DNA from: a virus
Taxonomy: Duplodnaviria > Caudoviricetes
DNA: 52,233 nucleotides
IMG/VR virus record: IMGVR_UViG_3300042429_000905
Coordinates: 1-52,233 of that record
Reading direction: 5' to 3' (one strand)
Shown here one piece after another: positions 1 to 6,342 of the stretch. How positions within the stretch are numbered: the stretch's first letter is position 1; each line of letters begins with the position of its first letter. The position numbers and the translations under genes are program-made. The notes beneath the pieces were generated by a model. It had not been told where the DNA came from, made no database searches, and was given only the letters and a program-made list of their open reading frames with translations.

Positions 1-142
1 TGCTGCCGGTCGCGGTGCTGCCGGTCGCGGTGCTGCCGGTCGCGGTGCTGCCGGTCGCGGTGCTGCCGGTCGCGGTGCTGCCGGTCGCGGTGCTGCCGGT
101 CGCGGTGCTGCCGGTCGCGGTGCTGCCGGTCGCGGTGCTGCC
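1..142. repeat. Perfect tandem repeat, 15-bp unit TGCTGCCGGTCGCGG, 9 copies plus 7 nt, running off the window edge
   Basis: Read directly; no spacers between units. Confidence 0.97.
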
Positions 143-146
143 AAGC

Positions 147-180
147 AAAAAAAATCCCCCCGCCGTTTAAAGCGGGGGGA
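147..180 (-). terminator. Rho-independent terminator for the leftward early genes
   Basis: Stem TCCCCCCGC/GCGGGGGGA (155-163/172-180) with A8 at 147-154, which is a U-tract on the minus strand, just past the stop at 193. Confidence 0.8.
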
Positions 181-192
181 AATTTTCCCTTA

Positions 193-288
193 TTAAATGG
201 GCATAGTGTGCATGTAGATGGCAAAAATTAGAGCGGCAAAAAATGCCTTTCCGATATATTCCAGTAAATCAACAGGCTGATTTTCCAT
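193..288 (-). CDS. Small membrane peptide, 31 aa (MENQPVDLLEYIGKAFFAALIFAIYMHTMPI)
   Basis: ATG at 288 just after the upstream gene stop; one hydrophobic helix. Confidence 0.45.
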   Translation of the reverse strand: MENQPVDLLEYIGKAFFAALIFAIYMHTMPI

Positions 289-295
289 GGGATTT

Positions 296-1054
296 TTAGT
301 TGGACGCTGCTTTAATGGCGCGGGATTTTTTGGATCCATGAGGATTAATCCATATAGATGGGAGGCGGGATTTTGACAGCCCGGCGCACAATTTGCATTG
401 CGCACATGTCATTCCCTTTGCATCGGAGAGGCATTCCATGGCAGATTCCGGTTTAGTAGGGGAAACGTGAAAGGTCCGGAAGCCTAAGCCGTTCGCCAGA
501 ACACGGCTGTTTTCCGTTTCCGTGGATGCCATGAAATAATGAGCGTACTCTTTCGCCAGCGGGTTTTCCTGCCAGTCGTGAAAGTAACCCGTCCACCCAT
601 TAGACACCTCTGCAATTGCCCTTACTTTTGAGAGCGGAAGGAGCGTAGGATTGCCATACGCTCCGAATCTAATTTTCCTGCCAGCGAAAATTTCCTGATA
701 CTGGAAAGGGAAAATTTCGGGGTAAATTCCCCGGTGAAAACCGTTCCAAACCATCAAAGGAGCGTTGCCAGTATTTACGTAGCAGCCGTTCCCAGCGGCG
801 AAAACGCATCCCCGGCAAATGGTGGACGCGTCCAGCCCCGTCTTTACCCCTTTGACAGGGTCAATGTCCACCAACAAAAACCAGATTTGTACCATATCCC
901 CCGTCTTAGGGTTATTGGTTTTCATCGTTGCAATAACGACATATTTCTGCCCGCCCACGGTCCCACGGTGGATGACAAAACCACGGGGGATTTTTTTGGC
1001 GCGTGGGCGGGATTTTTTGATTTTCACGGGAGCGGTGGAGATAATTTTTTTCAT
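296..1054 (-). CDS. Gp88-like Cys-rich phage protein, possibly Fe-S or radical-SAM-related
   Basis: Motifs NPKTGDM, ICRGC..CYV, IRFGAYGNP, WTGYFH, MAS, TCAQCKLC and terminal PHG. Confidence 0.65.
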   Translation of the reverse strand: MKKIISTAPVKIKKSRPRAKKIPRGFVIHRGTVGGQKYVVIATMKTNNPKTGDMVQIWFLLVDIDPVKGVKTGLDASTICRGCVFAAGNGCYVNTGNAPLMVWNGFHRGIYPEIFPFQYQEIFAGRKIRFGAYGNPTLLPLSKVRAIAEVSNGWTGYFHDWQENPLAKEYAHYFMASTETENSRVLANGLGFRTFHVSPTKPESAMECLSDAKGMTCAQCKLCAGLSKSRLPSIWINPHGSKKSRAIKAASN

Positions 1055-1099
1055 GATGTATTTTTTTTTAGTTGGGAGTTTAGGGGGGGGGGGAATTAA

Positions 1100-1306
1100 T
1101 TAGGCGACGATTCCGGTTTCTTTCCAGCTTGCGAAAGTGACTGGAATTTCATCCGCCGTTATCGGGCGGGTGATCACTTCCCACGACACGCCGTGGTCCC
1201 ACTCATTTAAAACGTTGACGACGTGAGGGGCGCGGGACGATTCCACCGCGAAAGCGGTGGACCAGTCACGGGATTGACCGACAAGGGAAAAGAGGGGCGT
1301 TTTCAT
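1100..1306 (-). CDS. Hypothetical early protein, 68 aa
   Basis: ORF directly downstream of the promoter copy at 1338-1398. Confidence 0.6.
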   Translation of the reverse strand: MKTPLFSLVGQSRDWSTAFAVESSRAPHVVNVLNEWDHGVSWEVITRPITADEIPVTFASWKETGIVA

Positions 1307-1337
1307 TTTTTTTTATTTTTGGTTGGAGTTGAGCGGT

Positions 1338-1398
1338 ATAATGAGCGCGGAATGGGCAATTGTCAAATTACTTTTTTACTACGCTGGAAACTATTTTC
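1338..1398 (-). promoter_or_regulatory. Sigma70-like early promoter, copy 1
   Basis: Minus strand TTGACA-17 nt-CATTAT, with an A-rich upstream block (37-bp repeat at 1362-1398). Confidence 0.7.
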
Positions 1399-1525
1399 TG
1401 ACGTAATAAAAGCGGGAGGAAAGGCGGGCAATCGGGCGGGATATTACGAGCGGCAAACCCGGCACCATTGCCAGGCTGAAAAGGATATCGGAAAGACGGC
1501 GGAGGGGGTGACGTTTGAATTCCAT
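1391..1525 (-). CDS. Hypothetical peptide, 44 aa (MEFKRHPLRRL...)
   Basis: ATG at 1525 preceded by an A-run, downstream of promoter copy 2. Confidence 0.45.
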   Translation of the reverse strand: MEFKRHPLRRLSDILFSLAMVPGLPLVISRPIARLSSRFYYVRK

Positions 1526-1551
1526 TTTTTTTAAGGTATAGGTTGAGCGGC

Positions 1552-1612
1552 ATGATAAGCTTGCAACGTGCATTAGTCAAATTACTTTTTTACTACGCTG
1601 GAAACTATTTTC
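1552..1612 (-). promoter_or_regulatory. Sigma70-like early promoter, copy 2
   Basis: Minus strand TTGACT-17 nt-TATCAT; 1576-1612 is identical to 1362-1398. Confidence 0.75.
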
Positions 1613-1659
1613 CGGAATTTTCCTTTTGACGTGTTCCGGTTTAGTGGATTGATTCCACT

Positions 1660-1863
1660 ATGCCGGACGAAACTTCACCCATTAAACAACGGCGAAAGCG
1701 CCGCATTGACGAAACGTCGATTCAACATAGCCACCGAGTAATTGCGAAAGCTATCGGCGCTCACGTCCGGACCGTTCAAAACTGGCACTATGAAGGGCGG
1801 TTAAGGTATCGTATTTTGATGTATCTACTGGAACAAAATGGACTTGAAGGAGAAGGAAAATGA
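1660..1863 (+). CDS. Small helix-turn-helix DNA-binding protein
   Basis: SHRVIAKAIGAHVRTVQNW HTH pattern; divergent from the early promoters. Confidence 0.65.
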   Translation: MPDETSPIKQRRKRRIDETSIQHSHRVIAKAIGAHVRTVQNWHYEGRLRYRILMYLLEQNGLEGEGK

Positions 1864-2276
1864 GCGTTGCCATCCACAACTTTTCAAGGCTTCGCGCCCT
1901 TGCCCTAGGTCCGGGGATAATCGATTTCTGCAACAGAACCGCTCCGGATTTAATGAGACGATACGATAAAGCGGCTAGTCAATTCGACACGCTGCAAAGT
2001 GAACTTGAAAAAGAGTTGAACGACTTACGAGACGAGTTGCACGAGGGAACGCGGAGTGAAGCGCTCGCCGCCGCGCTTGTTATGAGCGAAAGACTAATGG
2101 GTCTACTTGAGAAGCAAATAGCTGCCCAGCACAAATTAACCGGAGGGGGAGCAGCTGCGGTATGGGTTGGAATGGCGAGACTACCGTCCGAAAACGGACA
2201 GGCTGAGGAAACGTTAGAGCGGGACGTAACGCCCCGCCGTAGACTAGGAAGCGGCGTGCAAGTAATCGACGCATAA
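1860..2276 (+). CDS. Coiled-coil protein, possible terminase small subunit
   Basis: ATGA overlap with the HTH gene; helical core and flexible tail ending VIDA; the function is an inference. Confidence 0.35.
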   Translation: MSVAIHNFSRLRALALGPGIIDFCNRTAPDLMRRYDKAASQFDTLQSELEKELNDLRDELHEGTRSEALAAALVMSERLMGLLEKQIAAQHKLTGGGAAAVWVGMARLPSENGQAEETLERDVTPRRRLGSGVQVIDA

Positions 2277-2683
2277 GTTGTTATACCATAATTACCATAA
2301 TGCGTTTTACATGACGGTCATTGTCGGAAGTTAATGCGTTGCCATTCCCCCCATGGGAAAGCCTGACAATTGGCAAGGGTGAAAGGTGAAGGGTGAAGGG
2401 TGAAGGTTCCGCCCGGCATAGCTTAGGCGATGGGTACGTAAAGAGGGGCGGGGGGACCTGCATTAGGGTCCCATACGAGCGAACGCAGCGAAGCTGTCGG
2501 GTTGCAGTTTCAGACCGGGGCCTTGGTTTCTATCCAGATTGACCACGCACCCAGATTAATTTTCCAACCCCCAATTTCATCTTCCTAACATATCACCTTA
2601 CTAACATATGCACTGAAACGCCCTCCCCCGTAATAGTTTTTTACCCGTAATTCCAGACATCCTAACATATGCATCCAGACACG

Positions 2684-2719
2684 AAAAAACCGCCACCGGG
2701 TAGTCCGGAAGCGGCTTTT
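2684..2719. terminator. Probable bidirectional terminator hairpin
   Basis: A6-CCGC..CCGG-loop-CCGG..GCGG-CTTTT, next to the stop at 2729. Confidence 0.5.
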
Positions 2720-2728
2720 CAGATCGTC

Positions 2729-2938
2729 CTAACAGATGAATACCAGCAGACCGGTGACTTCGTCCTCGTTGTAAAGACCCCACGGGTTGCCATTCTCTCC
2801 GTGGCGCTCGCGCTGCTCCCGCCCGTCTGCGGAGTGGTGGACGCGCAGGCCGTTGTCCCCGATGAACGCGTTGCAGCACTGGCAGTCTGCGGTGTGCCTG
2901 ACCGAGTCGCCAAGTGGAATTACGTGGATGATTCTCAT
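2729..2938 (-). CDS. Small His/Cys phage protein (MRIIHVIPLGD..H..CQC..VHHSADGRE)
   Basis: Putative metal-binding pattern; ATGA overlap with the upstream gene. Confidence 0.6.
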   Translation of the reverse strand: MRIIHVIPLGDSVRHTADCQCCNAFIGDNGLRVHHSADGREQRERHGENGNPWGLYNEDEVTGLLVFIC

Positions 2939-3192
2939 GGATTTGAATCTCCTTCCAGTTCTGCCAATCTCAAACAACGCTCCTGTGAGAGGCTGAATTT
3001 AAACTCGCACGCGCAGACTGGGGCTTCCTCCCGGGCTTTCTGGAGGGCGAGCCACTCCTTGGTGCGGCGGATAAAACCGATCCCGTCCTCGTTGACGACA
3101 GGTGGGCGGTCGTAGAACGAGTTCGGGATGCTGTCATCCCACCCGTCGTAGGGGTCCAAGCCCCAGTGGGGGTCGTCAAATAATTCATACAT
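2935..3192 (-). CDS. Hypothetical protein, 85 aa
   Basis: ORF coupled to the next gene. Confidence 0.5.
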   Translation of the reverse strand: MYELFDDPHWGLDPYDGWDDSIPNSFYDRPPVVNEDGIGFIRRTKEWLALQKAREEAPVCACEFKFSLSQERCLRLAELEGDSNP

Positions 3193-3233
3193 AAAAGTTG
3201 CGGTTTGGTTAATTTAGATGATTCCTGAAATTC

Positions 3234-3506
3234 ATGGACCACTTCACATTCTCCTGCGAGAGATGCCATCGTGACTTCGAGCCGGACCCCTCCATGGTCC
3301 TGCCGGTCACATGGACGAAGCTGGAACTTGACGAGGCCGACGACGACATGGAGGACTACCTCACGCCGGAAGAACTGGCGGAGGCGTCGGTGGAGGACTT
3401 GGCGGGACTGGGGTTGACGCTGGCCGACCGGGACGCGCTACTCGCGGGAGTAGAGGTCCAAGTCGGTGCGCGGATCGTCTGTAGGAGTTGCCAGTCTGAG
3501 ATGTGA
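3234..3506 (+). CDS. Acidic protein with two CxxC pairs, putative zinc ribbon
   Basis: CERC...CRSC; fills the gap between minus-strand genes. Confidence 0.55.
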   Translation: MDHFTFSCERCHRDFEPDPSMVLPVTWTKLELDEADDDMEDYLTPEELAEASVEDLAGLGLTLADRDALLAGVEVQVGARIVCRSCQSEM

Positions 3507-3508
3507 CG

Positions 3509-3610
3509 CTACCGGTCTTTGACTTCCCAGTAGGTCATGAGCAGGATGCAGGCGACGATGGTGCCGACCATCATGGAGAGGAGGCAGGTGGCGATGTCGG
3601 TTGTAGTCAT
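3509..3610 (-). CDS. Small membrane peptide, 33 aa (MTTTDIATCLLSMMVGTIVACILLMTYWEVKDR), below the ORF-track cutoff
   Basis: ATGA overlap at 3607-3610; hydrophobic helix. Confidence 0.5.
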   Translation of the reverse strand: MTTTDIATCLLSMMVGTIVACILLMTYWEVKDR

Positions 3611-3861
3611 GGTTTTGTGGTTGGTAATTGTGACTGATACTGGGCGACGCGCTCTCCCATGAGGCCTTCGCCGCTGGGGTCTTGGTCGTTGAGGATGGCT
3701 CGCCAGTAATCGGACGCCAGATCGGACAGAAGGATCTCGGCGTGGGCGAGGCGCTCCGCGACATCATCAAATGCTACCCAGTCGCCGTCGTCGCGCCGTT
3801 CCATTTCGCCAAGCGTGGAGCCACCTTGGTCGAAGCGGTGAATCGGGTCGTATCTCTTCAT
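3607..3861 (-). CDS. Hypothetical protein (MKRYDP..M..DDGDWV.FDD)
   Basis: Common small phage protein pattern; ATGA overlaps at both ends. Confidence 0.65.
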   Translation of the reverse strand: MKRYDPIHRFDQGGSTLGEMERRDDGDWVAFDDVAERLAHAEILLSDLASDYWRAILNDQDPSGEGLMGERVAQYQSQLPTTKP

Positions 3862-4187
3862 GGTTTTGGCTGGTCGGTTTTGCATTTGGCCAAGAAACGA
3901 TGCAGGAAGTTAAAGGAGTTTTCAGCGCGAGTCCCCCATTCGTCTTCTTTTCCGTTAGCCCAATTCACGCAGTCGTTTATTGCGGCGACGGCTTCGTCCC
4001 GCTCGCGCCTCAGAACGCACATGGGCCTGACGCAGGCATTGTGGCAGCTATGAATGCCGCGTGACCACTGGTTTTGATTGGCCGCGTTAAGCTCGCGCTC
4101 AAGCTGGCGGCAGAGGCTGAAAGCCCACTCGTCGTGCAAGCCTTCGGACCTTGCCTCACGTTCGTCTGTTCTTGGGGTGTCGCTCAT
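3858..4187 (-). CDS. Hypothetical protein (MSDTPRTD..RQLERELN type)
   Basis: Typical phage early protein N-terminus; coupled by ATGA. Confidence 0.7.
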   Translation of the reverse strand: MSDTPRTDEREARSEGLHDEWAFSLCRQLERELNAANQNQWSRGIHSCHNACVRPMCVLRRERDEAVAAINDCVNWANGKEDEWGTRAENSFNFLHRFLAKCKTDQPKP

Positions 4188-4369
4188 GGTTTAGGGCAGT
4201 GTCTGGTTTCGTCTTTGGGCCGGATGTAGAGGTCTTTCCGTGGGACGATAATCGCCACAGGGTCGCCGTCTGGGCGGAACGCCGCGCCGAACGAGTCCGA
4301 CCAATGGGTGCCGGTCATCCCGTATCTGATCCACGGGTAGGATTTGCCTACGTAGATGGCGCGTTTCAT
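4184..4369 (-). CDS. Hypothetical protein, 61 aa
   Basis: ATGA overlaps at both ends. Confidence 0.6.
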   Translation of the reverse strand: MKRAIYVGKSYPWIRYGMTGTHWSDSFGAAFRPDGDPVAIIVPRKDLYIRPKDETRHCPKP

Positions 4370-4677
4370 GGCTTGCTGCCCTCCAGTGCTTCCCGGCAGA
4401 TGTTGGCCACTACCAGTTCGATGGTGGTGTCGTCGATCAAACGGAGGGTGTCTTCGAGGGCTTTGACCCGGTCGCTAAGGTCAGCGGGGACGGGCAGCGC
4501 GGAGTACAGGGATTTGGCGGCGTCCTGCATGACGTGCATCGCCTCGGCGACGCCGGTGCGACCGGGATCGTCCTCGGGCATGTTGCTCAGTTGCGAGCTA
4601 AGTTCGGCAATGGTGAACTGGAGGGCGCAACCGGCAGCAGCAACGGCTTCGCGGGGGATAGACAGGTCGGTGTTCAT
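4366..4677 (-). CDS. Hypothetical helical protein (start MNTDLSIP)
   Basis: ATGA overlaps at both ends. Confidence 0.6.
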   Translation of the reverse strand: MNTDLSIPREAVAAAGCALQFTIAELSSQLSNMPEDDPGRTGVAEAMHVMQDAAKSLYSALPVPADLSDRVKALEDTLRLIDDTTIELVVANICREALEGSKP

Positions 4678-5108
4678 GGTTGGAGGGCTTCTACTTGTTC
4701 TCGGGTGAGTCCGGTGAGTTCCAGCACTTCCCCCCACTTGGCTCCCGATTTACGCATGGCAAGGGCGAGTCGGAGATCCGACAGAAGTGCGGCAAGGACG
4801 GCGAGTTCTGCGGTGGTGGGTTTGGAGGGGTAGAGGTTCTCGCGGGGTTTGCGTGGGGCCGCTGATGCGGTCCGGGTGACTGGGTTCAGACGGACGACGG
4901 CCTTGCGGCTGATGGTGTCGCCAGCACCGCATCCGCAGGAGTTGGACCTGCCGGACCGGAGGTTGGCCCCTTTACACAGTTTGACCACGCCACAGATGCA
5001 CTTGACCTCCCAGTAGTTGTTGCCTTTGACGGAGACTGGGGTGGCGCTGGTCGTGGTGTAAAACCCGAACTGGGTTCCCTTGGGGATCATGACGGGGGCG
5101 CAACTCAT
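4674..5108 (-). CDS. Protein with the Cys-rich N-terminal domain of phage HNH endonucleases but no nuclease domain; possible C-terminal HTH
   Basis: GTQFG..WEVKCICG..NLRSGRSNSCGC; C-terminal GAKWGEVLELTGLTREQV. Confidence 0.6.
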   Translation of the reverse strand: MSCAPVMIPKGTQFGFYTTTSATPVSVKGNNYWEVKCICGVVKLCKGANLRSGRSNSCGCGAGDTISRKAVVRLNPVTRTASAAPRKPRENLYPSKPTTAELAVLAALLSDLRLALAMRKSGAKWGEVLELTGLTREQVEALQP

Positions 5109-5641
5109 GGTGTGATGGGTTCTTTGACGCGGATGTCGGGGAAGAGGCGTGCGCGGTCGGCATAGAATGCCGGGTGCTGCGTGGGTGCGTCCCAGCAACG
5201 CTGCTCGCGGTCGTAGACCTCGAACGGCAGGTTCTGCTCGGCGATGTCCGCCAGCCTGCGGAGGCGGTCGGTGGGTGACCAGCAGGAGTTCCGTGCTGCA
5301 ACGTCGTCAAGGGTGACGGTGCGGGCGCTCATCCACGCGTCGAAGGTCTCCGAAACGACCGGGGGCGGGACTACCACGGGCTTGGTGGCGAGTTCACCGG
5401 CACAGGCGAGGTAACCAGCCCCGTCCACGTAGGAGTCGGCGTGAGAGGGGTTGTGCTGAAGGCGGGCGATCTTCATGAGGGCCAGCAGGGTGCCGACCTG
5501 CGGACCATCGAGTGGGACTCCGAGGTAGGTGGACCAGTAGGAGGCGATGACGGAGAAGGAGTCCTCGGGAGGACCATAGGTGTTGTTGCGGTCCTGCGTG
5601 ACGCAGGCGGATGCAGCGGATAGGATGTCAGAACGGGTCAT
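5105..5641 (-). CDS. DUF6378-like protein (dNTP pyrophosphohydrolase-like helical fold)
   Basis: DRNNTYGPPEDSF..IA.YWS.YL..MKIAR..DSYVDGAGY. Confidence 0.8.
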   Translation of the reverse strand: MTRSDILSAASACVTQDRNNTYGPPEDSFSVIASYWSTYLGVPLDGPQVGTLLALMKIARLQHNPSHADSYVDGAGYLACAGELATKPVVVPPPVVSETFDAWMSARTVTLDDVAARNSCWSPTDRLRRLADIAEQNLPFEVYDREQRCWDAPTQHPAFYADRARLFPDIRVKEPITP

Positions 5642-5650
5642 GAGAAAGTC

Positions 5651-5678
5651 ACTATGAACAGGGTTGTCGAGGTGTCAA
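5651..5678 (-). promoter_or_regulatory. Putative promoter of the 5641-3509 operon
   Basis: TTGACA-16 nt-CATAGT, 10 nt upstream of the ATG. Confidence 0.5.
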
Positions 5679-5699
5679 GTTGGTTTTGGTGGTTTTTTA

Positions 5700-6240
5700 A
5701 AGAAAGTTAAAATCCAAATGGGCGACTTAAAACGGTTTTGGATATGTTAAGATGGATTTTAGTGGGACTTAAAATTGGCTCGGCGGACGGTTTTACGGCA
5801 GGTGAGGCACAAAATGGACTTAAATTTAACTTTTGGACTTAAAATCAAATTATGGTAATTAAAATCTATGAGAAATCGCGTCGCCAAACATACGAAATAT
5901 GTTTCTCTCCGGACAGAAATGTGAAAATCCGTTCATTTCCACTACTAGGTACTATCGGCGCGTCACCGCCGACCGACAGGGTAACCAAGTTGTAAAATCT
6001 GAATTTCCCCGTAGAACGCCAAAAAAAATCCTAAAATTAAGCTAAAATTACTCAATTACTACTACTACTATATACTCAAATCTATAGGGAAAAATAGAAA
6101 TTCGTGATTGTAAGTAATGACGAGAAATTTTCTATATCCCCGCTGCGTTCAAAAGCACTATGTAGTAGCAGTGTACCTAGTACCTCCCGTAATTTTTAAT
6201 TTAAAATCCGGCTCCGCGTCGGGGGAATGGAGGAGCCTCT
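5700..6240. other. AT-rich non-coding region, candidate replication origin
   Basis: GACTTAAA at 5724, 5766, 5817 and 5836; ACT triplet runs; lies upstream of the primase-helicase. Confidence 0.45.
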
Positions 6241-6254
6241 CCGGAAAAAACATG

Positions 6255-6283
6255 TTGACGCCCAAACGCTCAGGGGGTAAACA
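6255..6283 (+). promoter_or_regulatory. Putative promoter for the primase-helicase
   Basis: TTGACG-17 nt-TAAACA. Confidence 0.4.
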
Positions 6284-6342
6284 GAACGCGGGCCAGTCCT
6301 CGCGAAAGGATCTGGCCCGCTGAAGTCCTGCACACTCTGTTT

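Noticed and set aside
1-142. CRISPR array
   Set aside because: Units are contiguous with no spacers and there is no cas operon; DUF2800 is a replication-module nuclease
1362-1612. 37-bp repeats as a mini-CRISPR or att sites
   Set aside because: Only two copies 177 nt apart, both containing a -35 box with a correctly spaced -10; no integrase seen
2290-5860. 12-bp inverted match AATTACCATAAT flanking the leftward gene block, as an invertible segment
   Set aside because: Short and AT-rich within AT-rich gaps, with no recombinase; chance or a shared protein-binding site is more likely
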